Assembly: GCA_016839705.1 (NCBI GenBank) | Contig: JAEOTR010000041.1 | Location: 1 to 64,000, forward strand | Direction: 5' to 3' | DNA length: 64,000 nucleotides | From: Promethearchaeota archaeon | GTDB taxonomy: Archaea > Asgardarchaeota > Lokiarchaeia > Sigyniarchaeales > SOKP01 | Part shown: piece by piece, positions 10,143-21,301 of the stretch | How positions within the stretch are numbered: position 1 is the stretch's first letter | Layout of the letters: the number at the start of each line of letters is the position of its first letter | Translations under genes and position numbers: made by a program | Notes under the pieces: model-generated | What the model saw: only the letters and a program-made list of their open reading frames with translations | The model's database searches: none | Told to the model about the DNA's origin: nothing

Positions 10143-13100
10143 TTAGAAAAAATCAGCTAACTGATGCTGTTTGATCTTTGGATTGTTAGTTAAGCTCTCA
10201 ACATATTCTTCGATTAGTTCCATTCTTTGAATAGTATATTCATCTAAATTAAACTCCTTACAAAGTTTTAAAGCCCTAGGAATATATTTCGATATTCCTC
10301 CGCGATTAACTGTTAGTATTATTTTATTTCCACATGCAGAACATTTTCCAGCATTTGAAATTGGTGGTCTTCTATATTTTGTATTACATTTTACACATCT
10401 GAATTCCTGCACACTGAATTTTCTTAAATTCCCTAAAATATCTGGATTAAAATGTGTCGAAAGGATTTTTTCTGCTACTTTTCTAGCATCCACTGCCTTT
10501 ATTATTTTAGCCAGATGTAATTGAGCGTCGATTTTATCATCCATGGATTCGTATAGTTTATACGCGGTAATTTTTGGACCTTCATTAATATCATCTGTTG
10601 GAATATTATAGCCAAGATTTTCATATTGTTGTGGAGTCCCTAGTCGATCTTTTACCAATTCAATAACTTTTCCGAGTTCAGAAGGTAATGCATAAGTTTC
10701 AGTAGCTTCAAAAAATTCTAATGGATACTTATATAAAATATCTACATTATGTGCTTGAACATCTACTTCATTTGGATCCAAAATCGACGATATAACTAAA
10801 GTTGCATCCATTCTACCCCCTATCTTATTAGGTAGATAATGTCGAGAGAAATTTAAAAGAGGATCTAATAATAACATAATTCCATCTTCATCACCGTCAC
10901 AGTCTCTTCGCTTCGCAGCATGCCAGAAGGGATGTGCATAAATCGCTCTTGCAGGGCTGAATCCAATAATCCTTCCGACTATGCCAGCACTAGTATGAGG
11001 TGCTAACCCAGCAACTAAATGCCCAATTAGGTCCTCATTTTTAGTAATATTATAAAAGCAATCCATCTTATAAAAACGTTCTAATTCCTCATCAAGAAAA
11101 TTTGCTATTTTGATAAAATATTGAGCACAATCATCTGAAAGGATTACATCTTGCACCCTTAATTCTATAATCTGTTCTAAATCGTTCAAAGGGTCTCCTT
11201 TATAATCGTGAGTATATCCCAATTCTTTTAGTTTTTTAATGCTTATTCCTATTTCCTTAGGTTTAAAATGTGATAACGGTATATCTGTGGCATCATATCT
11301 TATTTCTGCTGTTTTGTAAACTAAAACTTTGTTTTTAGCTCTTAATATCCCCTTCTCTAATGGTTCAGGAACTTTAAACTGATTGGTTAATCCGTAAATT
11401 CCCTTTAATTGTTTAGGTAATGTAATCTGTAAAGAGTCTAAAATTGAATTCACATGCTTCTTTAGATTAAAAATTGCTTCACTAGATGATTTTAACCTCT
11501 CATTACATTGAGGGCATTTACTCCCATCATTTGGATCACTAGGAGGATAGATTTTTTTACATTTCTCACAAATTGATCCCAGTTCAGTATGGGTAGAGCA
11601 ATTAGGACAAATATTAAATATACTTATTGTTCCACAATTTGGGCATTTTTTCCGACATACATCTATTTTTACTCTCTGAAGTTCTAATGCTTTTTCAACT
11701 GATCGAGAACTCCCAACCTTATCACTTAAGGGAAATAAGCTATGAACTCCTTTCATACTTTTCCTCTCCGACTTTTCTGGTCTTCCCATCCTGGACCCAA
11801 TGAAATATGGCGCTTTATTTCTAACTCTTATTGAAGAAATCCTAGTAAAATATGAAAAGACAGTATCTTCACCCGTAGGTCTTACCTTCTTTTTATTATT
11901 TAGACAAAAAATTTCTGAATAAACATAGTTCATGCTTTTGCTAAAATGGATCTTTCCATCGATGATTCTATGAGTGATAAAAGCTTTCTCAAGAATTTCT
12001 TTAATAGAAGGGTCAATTTCTAACACAATTTTGCATTCAGAATCTAAAAATCCTGAGATAAAAGCATCTCTTATTTTACAGAGTTCCTCAATTGTAATAT
12101 TACCCCAAAAATCAGTAAAAACCGGGTGTAGTGGGATATTGAAATCCTTAGATATCTTTATTGCTTCTTTAGCCGTGGGCTTGAGGTAAAAGGGATTTTC
12201 TATTAATTCATTTAACCTAGAATTACTGCTAATTTGATCATTAACCGCTTTTTTTAGTTCTAGTGCCCACCACTCTTCTACATATCCGGAGGGAAGTAAC
12301 TTGTGATTGTTCTCAGCAAAATCCCCAAATCCAAAGAGAATATCTCCTATGAACAATATTTCTTCTAAATCCCTGAACACTTTTTTAGCCATTTTATATG
12401 TTGGAATCCTGATTACATCCCCGTTTATTAATTTTACTATAGGTGGTTCTATACCGCTTACGGGGCAAATACTTGCACTCTTTCCTGGTCTTTCAATTCT
12501 AAGTTGTGTACCAATTGCTACAAAATCGTCTAAAATACCCATTGCAGCAGGGTGCATACCTCCTGCAGCTAAGCCTGTGTTTCGAGATCGTCCATATCTT
12601 ATTCGATGACCTCCAATTGCAGAAGGATGACTAAAAACAGCTCGACCCGCAATTATGTCAGCAACATATTTAAAATTGGGGATAATTTGTTCTTGGGGTG
12701 TTTTTCCACTCCTACTAATTTGTGAATCGGTTTTTTCAGATTGTTCCTTCTGGGCTATTTTTTTTAAATCAGCTAACCAATCCCAGCCTTCCAGGTTCAT
12801 AGATTTAGCAATTTTTAATAATTTTGGAGCTTTTAATAAGAATCCATCGTTCAAAACAAGACATGCTCCTCCTCTTATATGATTTGTCTCTATTCTGGGC
12901 AAATCTCTAAATGCTGAAACTTCTTCTTCTTCGGTTGAATCACCATTTATTTCAATAGGTAAATTTTTAACAGCATATCTTATCTCACGATTCGAGGACG
13001 GATATTGTAGATGAACATTTCTGTCATACAACTTGACCTCTTCTACATATCTACCGATTTCAGCTTCCGTAGCCTCATATTTAGGGATATTTGATTTTTT

Positions 13101-13598
13101 CCTCACATAATCAGCAATTAATACGCATAAAGCTGCTGTAGTGCCTCCTGCTGCTCTAATTGGACCGGCGAAATATAATGAGATATACTTTTTTCCCATA
13201 TGATCTTTTCGGATTAATATCTTGGAAATTCCTTCAAGTGGAGCACTAACTATACCCGATGTCTTTATCGCTAATCCTGCTCTTATAGCTCTTTCTACTC
13301 TTTCTTCTAAGGTTTTAATATTGCCAATTTTTTTGTCTAAAATATCTGTCACGATTTTAAATACGATCTCATCAGCGTTTAATCCGTTGTTTTTTAACTC
13401 TCTTATTTTTTCTGCAATTCCTTCAGGCCCGACTAGCTTTTCTACTCTTCCAGCTAGATCCTTTGCTTGAGGACATTCTACATAAATTTCAGGATCAAGA
13501 CCTTTGCTCCTTGCTTCTTCAGCTATGCGGTAACATTGATCTACTTGACCTTGAATAGTAGCGAAATACTCTTCCATCTCTTTCGTTGTCTTTACCAT
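10143..13598 (-). CDS. polC: DNA polymerase D large subunit DP2
   Basis: YFAGPIRAAGGT, RRDCDGDED catalytic motif, Zn fingers, C-terminal PIP box QHQLADFF; no intein. Confidence 0.98.
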   Translation of the reverse strand: MVKTTKEMEEYFATIQGQVDQCYRIAEEARSKGLDPEIYVECPQAKDLAGRVEKLVGPEGIAEKIRELKNNGLNADEIVFKIVTDILDKKIGNIKTLEERVERAIRAGLAIKTSGIVSAPLEGISKILIRKDHMGKKYISLYFAGPIRAAGGTTAALCVLIADYVRKKSNIPKYEATEAEIGRYVEEVKLYDRNVHLQYPSSNREIRYAVKNLPIEINGDSTEEEEVSAFRDLPRIETNHIRGGACLVLNDGFLLKAPKLLKIAKSMNLEGWDWLADLKKIAQKEQSEKTDSQISRSGKTPQEQIIPNFKYVADIIAGRAVFSHPSAIGGHRIRYGRSRNTGLAAGGMHPAAMGILDDFVAIGTQLRIERPGKSASICPVSGIEPPIVKLINGDVIRIPTYKMAKKVFRDLEEILFIGDILFGFGDFAENNHKLLPSGYVEEWWALELKKAVNDQISSNSRLNELIENPFYLKPTAKEAIKISKDFNIPLHPVFTDFWGNITIEELCKIRDAFISGFLDSECKIVLEIDPSIKEILEKAFITHRIIDGKIHFSKSMNYVYSEIFCLNNKKKVRPTGEDTVFSYFTRISSIRVRNKAPYFIGSRMGRPEKSERKSMKGVHSLFPLSDKVGSSRSVEKALELQRVKIDVCRKKCPNCGTISIFNICPNCSTHTELGSICEKCKKIYPPSDPNDGSKCPQCNERLKSSSEAIFNLKKHVNSILDSLQITLPKQLKGIYGLTNQFKVPEPLEKGILRAKNKVLVYKTAEIRYDATDIPLSHFKPKEIGISIKKLKELGYTHDYKGDPLNDLEQIIELRVQDVILSDDCAQYFIKIANFLDEELERFYKMDCFYNITKNEDLIGHLVAGLAPHTSAGIVGRIIGFSPARAIYAHPFWHAAKRRDCDGDEDGIMLLLDPLLNFSRHYLPNKIGGRMDATLVISSILDPNEVDVQAHNVDILYKYPLEFFEATETYALPSELGKVIELVKDRLGTPQQYENLGYNIPTDDINEGPKITAYKLYESMDDKIDAQLHLAKIIKAVDARKVAEKILSTHFNPDILGNLRKFSVQEFRCVKCNTKYRRPPISNAGKCSACGNKIILTVNRGGISKYIPRALKLCKEFNLDEYTIQRMELIEEYVESLTNNPKIKQHQLADFF

Positions 13599-13830
13599 GT
13601 TAAATCATAATAGAAATTATTTTTGGGAGTATAGAGAAAATTTTACTTCTGTTATTATAGGTATTTCATACCATAAATTAAATTCAATTATTAATCTACT
13701 ATTTCATTAATAAATCTGGAGAGAATGCTAATTTATTACTCTCTTGTGATATAAAAGGAATACATGTTTTTCCTTTAATAAAAAATAATTTAATTCTGTT
13801 AACCATAATAGAAATAAATCAATTTTTTAA

Positions 13831-15639
13831 TTGAAAATCTTGAATGTTAAGAATAATAAAGAAAAAAAAATCATCCTGAGAAAACTAGTGAATTCTGGGA
13901 TAAATATCACACCCTCTCTCTTGGAATTTATATTAAATTTGGATAATCCCCTTCAAAAAGTAAACCTAATAATAAAGGATTCAAGTTTTATTGCTAGCTT
14001 TAAGGGTCACTTAACTGAAAGTATTTTAGCTAAACTATCAAATGAAGAAATAAAGAGAGTAGTCAAAAGAAAATTCATCAGCCAAGAAGCTCATTCTAGT
14101 GAAGAATATCTAGATAAAAATAACAACAATAATTCTTATCAATCCAAAGGAGCAACAAATTCTACTAATAACGATATTGAATCGAATTCTATCATAGATA
14201 CAGAAACATTTCTTACCAAAACAAGTGAGAGTGATTTATCAAACCCTCACCTCATGATTAAAGAAAAAAGTAAACACTCCTCTCATTTAGAAGAATCTAA
14301 TAACATAAACATAAAACCAATAGAGAGTGCTAAATCAACTAGTATATTCACTCCCATTGCAAAAGAGTATGATTTTCAATTAGATATTTTAAAGGACCCT
14401 ACTGGAAAATTATATACAAATGGAGATTATGAAGATTTTTATGAATTAACATTTGACAAATTTAACAGGCTCCGAAAATTGATGAGAAAAAGAACAGAGG
14501 TTCATGCAGCAGACAATATCAACAATATATTAAGACTATCCAATAAAGTGGAAGTTTCGGTTATTGGCATGGTACACACCATTCGAAAAACCAAAAACGG
14601 AAATTATATTTTAACTTTAGAAGATCTTACAGGATTAATTAACGTATTAATTAGAATCGGCTCTGAAAATCAAGATAATTTAAATATTAAAATCGTTGAA
14701 AGAACTCTTAGTGATCAGATGGTATACATAGAAGGTACATATAATCCAGGAGAGAAACGTAAATCTAGTATAATATATGGAAATTTTATCTCAAAAATTG
14801 ATGTTCCAAGAGATATTGAACCAAACAAATCAAATGAACCATTATCCATTGCATTAATTTCAGATACTCATATAGGTAGTAAAGAATTTGAATCAAAATT
14901 ATGGAGTAGATTTATAGATTTTTTAAATGGAAGAATTGGTAATAAAGAACAAAAAGAGCGTGCTGGAAGAATTAAATATATTATTATCAATGGTGATTTA
15001 GTTGATGGCATTGGAATTTACCCTACACAACAAAGCGACCTTGTTATTTCTAATATTTATGAACAGTTTAGCAAAGCCACAGAAATGCTTTCAGAAATTC
15101 CCGACTATATAAAAATTATCTATAGTTCAGGAAATCATGAGCCTGTAAGAAATGCGATCCCTCGACCAGCAGTTCCAAAAAAATATTCGGGAGAACTGAT
15201 AAACCAGGGTGTAATTTGTATTGGTAATCCTTCAATAGTTCAAACTCATGGAGTAAATACCTTAGTTTTTCATGGTGACAGTATACTCGATATGAATATG
15301 TTGATCCCTGGTTTAGAAAATAAAAAACCTGTTGAAACAATGAAAGAATTCTTGAAATGTCGTCATTTAGCTCCAATTTATGGAAAAAAGACCCAAATTG
15401 CCCCAACTAGTAAAGATTGGCTAACAATTGATAAAATTCCAGATATCTTTCACACAGGACATATCCATATTAATGATATGGGATCGTACAATAAAATTCT
15501 ACTAGTTAATTCTGGATGTTTTCAAAGCCAAACAGATTTTATGAATTCATTAGGAATTCATCCTACACCAGGAATTTTGTCTATAATTGATTTAGATACT
15601 TTAAAAGGGACACAACTAGACTTAAAAAGTAGTGTTTAA
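13831..15639 (+). CDS. polB: DNA polymerase D small subunit DP1 (proofreading exonuclease)
   Basis: OB fold plus SDTHIGS, GDLVDG, GNHE, HGD and GHIH phosphoesterase motifs. Confidence 0.96.
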   Translation: MKILNVKNNKEKKIILRKLVNSGINITPSLLEFILNLDNPLQKVNLIIKDSSFIASFKGHLTESILAKLSNEEIKRVVKRKFISQEAHSSEEYLDKNNNNNSYQSKGATNSTNNDIESNSIIDTETFLTKTSESDLSNPHLMIKEKSKHSSHLEESNNINIKPIESAKSTSIFTPIAKEYDFQLDILKDPTGKLYTNGDYEDFYELTFDKFNRLRKLMRKRTEVHAADNINNILRLSNKVEVSVIGMVHTIRKTKNGNYILTLEDLTGLINVLIRIGSENQDNLNIKIVERTLSDQMVYIEGTYNPGEKRKSSIIYGNFISKIDVPRDIEPNKSNEPLSIALISDTHIGSKEFESKLWSRFIDFLNGRIGNKEQKERAGRIKYIIINGDLVDGIGIYPTQQSDLVISNIYEQFSKATEMLSEIPDYIKIIYSSGNHEPVRNAIPRPAVPKKYSGELINQGVICIGNPSIVQTHGVNTLVFHGDSILDMNMLIPGLENKKPVETMKEFLKCRHLAPIYGKKTQIAPTSKDWLTIDKIPDIFHTGHIHINDMGSYNKILLVNSGCFQSQTDFMNSLGIHPTPGILSIIDLDTLKGTQLDLKSSV

Positions 15640-15678
15640 TAATTCTATTTATTAAAGTATAAGAAATGATTATAATCA

Positions 15679-16365
15679 ATGAATTTAGCAAATCCCCCTA
15701 TTAATAATCCAGAATTATTAGTATTATATCTTTGGAAAATAATTGATCTCCCTACTATTACATTGAATGACTTTTTATTCAAAATATCCTATGATCTCTT
15801 TGTACTTCCCCCCGATAAAGCAAAAGAATTTATAAATTCATGTATAGAAAATAAACTACTAGTTCTAACTGAAAAAAAGGATTTATCATTATCAACTTCT
15901 TTAAATACAGAATTAAAAAATTGGCAAAAACTTCGAAAAAATGAGATTAATCAGAACATAAATTTAGTAAAGAAGATAAATCAATTAAAAGCCGTTAATG
16001 AGAAAGGGAAATCCACAAATTTTAGCAAGCATCTTAATTCCCTTGTAGATAAAGAAACCTTAAATAGAGCGGTCAGAGTAAAGAATGAGGATTTTGATAT
16101 TAAAGAGCTTGATTTTGAAAAAGGGATTATTAAAGCAACAATTAAAGGATCAAAACAACACCCATATATAATTGAACTAGATTTAAAGAATAAGCATATA
16201 AAACATGATTGTCATGATTTTGAAGCAAGAAGAAGTAAAAATAAACAATTCTGCAAACATTTAACTAAGTTCTTTTTATTGTTGAGAGAGAGTCATAAAG
16301 TTTCAACTGAACAATTTCTCATGTACATATCAGAAAACATTGAGAAATGGGACTTTTTTTCTTAA
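15679..16365 (+). CDS. SWIM zinc-finger protein
   Basis: GS..PY...HDCHDF...FCKH SWIM-like motif; N-terminal winged-helix-like region. Confidence 0.75.
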   Translation: MNLANPPINNPELLVLYLWKIIDLPTITLNDFLFKISYDLFVLPPDKAKEFINSCIENKLLVLTEKKDLSLSTSLNTELKNWQKLRKNEINQNINLVKKINQLKAVNEKGKSTNFSKHLNSLVDKETLNRAVRVKNEDFDIKELDFEKGIIKATIKGSKQHPYIIELDLKNKHIKHDCHDFEARRSKNKQFCKHLTKFFLLLRESHKVSTEQFLMYISENIEKWDFFS

Positions 16366-17669
16366 ATCAACTTTTTAAATATGTTATTTTTTAATTTGAC
16401 TTTATCTGTTTGTAATAAAGTAGGTTTATGATTTAATATCGCTTGAATTTTATCAATTTCAGAAAGTACCTTTTCAATTATATCAATTTCAATATCTAGT
16501 TTAATAATTTTTGTTCTCCCATAATGGCCCATTGATTTAACTTCGGCAGAAATTATTCCCGCTAAAGTAAGTTCGCTTATGTAATCACTAATTCTTCTTT
16601 TAGTTAATTGTCTAATGCCTGGGATAAATCCTTTAATTTCAGAATGTACTTCGTATATATCACCTGAAATTATAATATGATCAGGACTATATTTAGAAAT
16701 TAAATATACTGCCGTTAGAACTAATTGGGCTTGAAGCGGCATACCTTTAATATATTCCATAATATGATCTTTTTCCAAATCATCGTGAGCTCTTTCAACA
16801 TACTTAGAGTTTACACTTTTACTTTGAGCTCTTTCAGCTAATTCTCCTGCTTTTCGTAACAATTGTAATGCTTTTCTAGCATCCCCATGCTCTTTAGCAG
16901 CGAGGGCAGCACATAAAGGTATAACATCCTCTTTTAAAACTATCTCTCGAAAAGCAATTTTTGCTCTTTTGTTAAGGATATCTCTGAGTTCACCTGCATC
17001 ATAGGAAGGAAATACAATATGTTCTTCTCCTAAACTAGATAAAATTCTTGGATCTAAGGTTTTTCGAAACTTTAGCTTATTCGAAATACCTATTAAGCTA
17101 GTTTTGCATTGATCCAAGTTTTCATTCAATCTTGTTAAGTCATAAAGTATTTCATTTCCCCCTTTTTTTTCTATTAAAATATCTATTTCATCTAATACCA
17201 AGAAACAAATAGAATTCCTCACTTTAGAATCTAATAATCCTAATAATTTCTTAAAGATTATATCTTTGGGAAGACCCGTTGGCGGGATTTTCTCTTCTCT
17301 TGAGATAGTGTTGTAGATATGTGCTAAAATGCGATATGGAGTAGAAACTACATTACAATTGATATAGATCCACCAAGGTTTTATCTCCGTATTTTGTTGT
17401 GCTAATTTTTGGCTAATATATCTAATCGTAGCGGTTTTACCTGTTCCAGTCTGGCCATAACAGAGAAAACTCGGAGGAGCATTACCAAATAAAGCACAAG
17501 CAGTTTTCTCAGCAATATCTTTTATTTGCACATCTCGATGAGGTAATTCATGAGGAATATAAGATGGTTCTAAAGCATCACGATTATTGAATATTCGTGG
17601 ACCTTTAAGATAATTCTTGTAAAATTTGTCAATACTAAATTTATAATTATTATTATCGTTTTTCAACAA
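16362..17669 (-). CDS. cdc6: Orc1/Cdc6 replication initiator
   Basis: Y.P..LPHR, GQTGTGKT, LDEID, GDARKAL and C-terminal wHTH with G..GRT. Confidence 0.97.
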   Translation of the reverse strand: MLKNDNNNYKFSIDKFYKNYLKGPRIFNNRDALEPSYIPHELPHRDVQIKDIAEKTACALFGNAPPSFLCYGQTGTGKTATIRYISQKLAQQNTEIKPWWIYINCNVVSTPYRILAHIYNTISREEKIPPTGLPKDIIFKKLLGLLDSKVRNSICFLVLDEIDILIEKKGGNEILYDLTRLNENLDQCKTSLIGISNKLKFRKTLDPRILSSLGEEHIVFPSYDAGELRDILNKRAKIAFREIVLKEDVIPLCAALAAKEHGDARKALQLLRKAGELAERAQSKSVNSKYVERAHDDLEKDHIMEYIKGMPLQAQLVLTAVYLISKYSPDHIIISGDIYEVHSEIKGFIPGIRQLTKRRISDYISELTLAGIISAEVKSMGHYGRTKIIKLDIEIDIIEKVLSEIDKIQAILNHKPTLLQTDKVKLKNNIFKKLI

Positions 17670-17696
17670 CTATAACACCAATGTTCATATTGTATT

Positions 17697-17738
17697 TTCC
17701 ACTCGAAATATTATCCTATAAATTATATTTCGACTGTA
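17697..17738. promoter_or_regulatory. Pair of inverted mini-ORB-like Orc1/Cdc6 binding sites
   Basis: TTCCACTCGAAATA (17697-17710, +) and TACAGTCGAAATA (17726-17738, -) just upstream of cdc6, next to a very AT-rich tract. Confidence 0.5.
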
Positions 17739-17985
17739 TTTATAAAATTAATTATTAATCTTTCATTTAATAGAAAGATGTTAAAGCTTTAACATCTAAT
17801 TTTGAGTAAGCTTTTCAATAAGTTATATTAATAATGTCGGTGCTTTAAAAGAATATTATTCATGAAGCAATATTTATTAAGATCTTATTAATAAAAATGC
17901 TATTACAAATAATTTAATTTAATCAAAAATTTGTTTTATTATTTAATTTATAAAAGATATTCACTAGATCGGGTATTAGGAAAAC

Positions 17986-18756
17986 TTGATGGCAGAAGAG
18001 AAATTAAAAGAACGAGAAAAAAGAAATAAAAAAATCGCAATGATTCTAGCTTTGTTTTTCGCGTGTTTAATTCTTCTAAATTTCCTAGTTATTTCAATTT
18101 TTTTTACATGGGCAGACTGGGTTGGATTATTAATTTTCTCACTTCTATTAATCGTTCCCGCTTACATTTCAAACGCTTCGATGGTTATCACGGGCGGAGG
18201 GCGTCCTATTGATGGTGGAAAATCTTTTAGAGATGGAAGAAGAATATTGGGTGACCACAAAACAGTAAAAGGTTTAAAAGGGCCATTATACATTGGTATC
18301 CCTATATCATTCATCATTTTTCTACTTTTCTTCATCCTTTGGCAACCAATTGAAGGAATTATACTCCAAGCATCAGCAGAAGGGCAATATATCTTGTATA
18401 ATAATAAAGATATATTTAAATATTATTTTATCGGAGGAGAAGTCCCTTTCAATTTTTTAGTGTTGTTTATAAGAATTATACTAGCCTCATATGGAGCTGT
18501 GGTTGGTGATTTAGTTGGGTCATTTCTTAAGAGAAGATTTGCTATAAAAAGTGGGGCACCATTTTGGATTGTTGACCAATTAGATTTTGCTTTAATTGCA
18601 ATCCTCTTTGTGTCTATTCCCGGATTTATCTTTCCACAATTGTTTTATTTACCAGACATTTATATCCTCATTTTTTTGATAATTCTTACACCAGCCGTAA
18701 GTGTAATCGCAAATACGGTAGCATATTTGGTAGGGCTGAAGTCAGTGCCCTACTGA
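17986..18756 (+). CDS. carS: CDP-archaeol synthase
   Basis: PAYISN, PIDGG, GDHKT, GDLVGSFLKRR and DQLD motifs. Confidence 0.93.
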   Translation: MMAEEKLKEREKRNKKIAMILALFFACLILLNFLVISIFFTWADWVGLLIFSLLLIVPAYISNASMVITGGGRPIDGGKSFRDGRRILGDHKTVKGLKGPLYIGIPISFIIFLLFFILWQPIEGIILQASAEGQYILYNNKDIFKYYFIGGEVPFNFLVLFIRIILASYGAVVGDLVGSFLKRRFAIKSGAPFWIVDQLDFALIAILFVSIPGFIFPQLFYLPDIYILIFLIILTPAVSVIANTVAYLVGLKSVPY

Positions 18757-18761
18757 AATTT

Positions 18762-19265
18762 TTAATCCACTGTTTTGCATTTAATTTCGAGCGGGGTAAT
18801 TCTATTTTCAAGAACTAGGAATTTTTGGCATAACTTATTTAAACTTTTAATATATTCCCCCTTTCGTCCTATAGCGATACCCCTTTCTTCATAAGTTAAA
18901 AAATACAATGAAATTTCTCTTAATCCAGAAGAATCATCTTTTTCTATTCTTATATCATGGATGTATAGATCTGGAAAAAAACTAAACAGGAGATTAATAA
19001 AGACATTCTCGACTCTAATAATTAATAGTTTTTTAGATTTGAATTCTCTTCTCATAGAGTCAAGATAATACTTAGAAATGAAATAGCTCTCTTTTCTTAC
19101 AAAAAAGAAGATAAATTTATCAATTACAACTATAAATTCTGGACATATTCCTCTTGTTTTATTATAAAAGTACTTTCCTAACTTAATTTCAAAATTAGAA
19201 TATTTTTTTACAAATGATAACATTTGATAAAAATATAAGTCATCGAGTATAGTGTAAAAACCCAT
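18762..19265 (-). CDS. KH-domain protein, divergent archaeal NusA-like
   Basis: C-terminal RGIAIGRKGEYIK KH (GxxG) motif; first KH degenerate. Confidence 0.65.
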   Translation of the reverse strand: MGFYTILDDLYFYQMLSFVKKYSNFEIKLGKYFYNKTRGICPEFIVVIDKFIFFFVRKESYFISKYYLDSMRREFKSKKLLIIRVENVFINLLFSFFPDLYIHDIRIEKDDSSGLREISLYFLTYEERGIAIGRKGEYIKSLNKLCQKFLVLENRITPLEIKCKTVD

Positions 19266-19371
19266 GTTACAATTTCTTAAGGAAAAAATTTAAAGTACAA
19301 AGAAATTCAATTAATCAGCTAAAAATTTTAAACTCGACTTAGAAAGAATTTAGTATAATTATAAAAGAAAC

Positions 19372-19809
19372 ATGAAAGGTAGCGGATTTGTTTTTATGGA
19401 GCACACTGCTGATGTTAGCGTTAAAAGTTGGGGTAAAACCCTTGAAGAGGCTTTTTCTCAAACAGCACTCAGCTTAATGACAACTATTTCTCCTGACTTG
19501 AAAAAGATATCACCAAAAAAAGAAAAAGAGATTGAAATTATCTCAGAAGATAAGTATGCATTGTGCTTTGATTTCTTATCTGAATTTCTTTATATATTTG
19601 ATGTAGAAGAATTAATCTTTAGTATTGTTTCTGTAATATCCATACAGAAAATAGGAGAAAAATATAAATTAGTAGCTATAGCTAAAGGTGAACCATTTGA
19701 TAAAGAGAAACATGAAATTGGAACCGAAGTAAAAGCTATTACTTATTCATTTATGAATATTGAAGAAAAAGAAGATAAAGTCGAGATTAATATCGTTTTT
19801 GATATTTAA
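19372..19809 (+). CDS. Archease (RtcB activator)
   Basis: EHTAD, EVKAITY and C-terminal FDI. Confidence 0.96.
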   Translation: MKGSGFVFMEHTADVSVKSWGKTLEEAFSQTALSLMTTISPDLKKISPKKEKEIEIISEDKYALCFDFLSEFLYIFDVEELIFSIVSVISIQKIGEKYKLVAIAKGEPFDKEKHEIGTEVKAITYSFMNIEEKEDKVEINIVFDI

Positions 19810-19828
19810 TTTTGTTAGAGAATAAAAA

Positions 19829-21301
19829 TTATCCTTTAACAACACCTACTGGTACTAACCTGACGATTTTTTCAACTATTCCAAGGTCATGGCTAACTTG
19901 AACAACTTGATCAATATCTTTATATGCACCGGGACTTTCTTCTGCGAGGACCTTCATAGAAGCACTCTTTACCAGAATCCCTTTTTTTCCGAGATCTTCT
20001 TTTACTTTTGTACCCCAATATCGTTTAACAGCTTTTGATCTCGACATTACACGACCAGATCCATGAGCTGTCGATCCAAAAGATAAATCCATCGCTTTTG
20101 GCTTACCTACACATAAATATGAAGCTGATCCCATAGTTCCGGGAATTAAAGCAGGTTGACCAATATCTTTATAATCTTGAGGTAACGCGGGGTGATTAGG
20201 AGGAAATGCTCTAGTCGCACCTTTACGATGGACATTTAATTTCATCTTTTTGCCATCCACATCGTGTTCTTCAATCTTTAGAATATTATGGCAAACACCA
20301 TAAATCATATGCATGTCTAATGCATCAATATCTTTATTAAATGCATTTTGAAAAGATTCTCTTAACCAGTGAGTAATCAACTGACGATTAGTAAACCCAA
20401 AATTAGCAGCACATGCCATTTGTTTTAGGTAATTTTGTGCTTCGGGTGTATCTGCTGGTACACAAGCTAGTTCTCTATCTGGTACTCTAATTTTATATTG
20501 CTTCATTGCCTGTTCGATATTACGTAAACTATCCGTGCATACTTGATGACCTAATGCTCTACTTCCGGTATGAACCATTATAGTAATTTGATTTTTCTCA
20601 TGTATTCCTAGTTTTTTGGCAATTTCTTTATTATAAATATTATCTACTCTTTGTATCTCTAGAAAATGATTTCCACTCCCTAAAGAACCAAGTTGCTTGA
20701 TAGCTCTTTGTTTTGCCTTTTGTGATACTAAAGAGGCATCTGCATTCTTTAGACAGCCGTTCTCTTCTAAATGCTCAGCATCTTCATCAATAGCATACCC
20801 ATTATCTAAAGCCCAATTCAACCCATTATTTAGAACTTTATCTAACTCAGAATAGCTTATGTTTAATTTACCCTTTGAACCTAACCCAGAAGGGATATTT
20901 CTAAAAATATTCTCTAATAAATCAGGCAGTAAGTTTCTAATATCGTTGAGAAATAAATTTGTTCTTAATAGTCGCACACCACAATTTATATCGTACCCAA
21001 CTCCTCCAGGGGATATCATTCCCGTTTCAGCTTCAGTTCCCGCTACTCCACCAATACAAAAACCGTATCCCTGATGGGCATCAGATAATGCTATAGCATG
21101 TTTTTGGATCCCTGGTAAACATGCAACATTGCATATTTGATCCAATGTACGGTCTCCCTTAATTTTCTCTAAGATATAACTATTAGCATAAATTTTAACC
21201 GGGACTCTCATCTGGAATTTCTCTATTTTGCCTTGAATCCGAGTCATCAATGTTTTCGGAGGAATCTCGTAAATATTTTCCTCAACTTTATTAACATTCA
21301 T
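19829..21301 (-). CDS. rtcB: tRNA-splicing ligase RtcB
   Basis: DAHQGYG, GYDINCG, GSGNHF, HTGSR, HRKGAT and HGSGR motifs intact. Confidence 0.98.
   Translation of the reverse strand: MNVNKVEENIYEIPPKTLMTRIQGKIEKFQMRVPVKIYANSYILEKIKGDRTLDQICNVACLPGIQKHAIALSDAHQGYGFCIGGVAGTEAETGMISPGGVGYDINCGVRLLRTNLFLNDIRNLLPDLLENIFRNIPSGLGSKGKLNISYSELDKVLNNGLNWALDNGYAIDEDAEHLEENGCLKNADASLVSQKAKQRAIKQLGSLGSGNHFLEIQRVDNIYNKEIAKKLGIHEKNQITIMVHTGSRALGHQVCTDSLRNIEQAMKQYKIRVPDRELACVPADTPEAQNYLKQMACAANFGFTNRQLITHWLRESFQNAFNKDIDALDMHMIYGVCHNILKIEEHDVDGKKMKLNVHRKGATRAFPPNHPALPQDYKDIGQPALIPGTMGSASYLCVGKPKAMDLSFGSTAHGSGRVMSRSKAVKRYWGTKVKEDLGKKGILVKSASMKVLAEESPGAYKDIDQVVQVSHDLGIVEKIVRLVPVGVVKG

Noticed and set aside
10143-21301. 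Inteins in DP2, Cdc6 or RtcB
   Set aside because: Protein lengths are normal and no intein motifs or large insertions are visible
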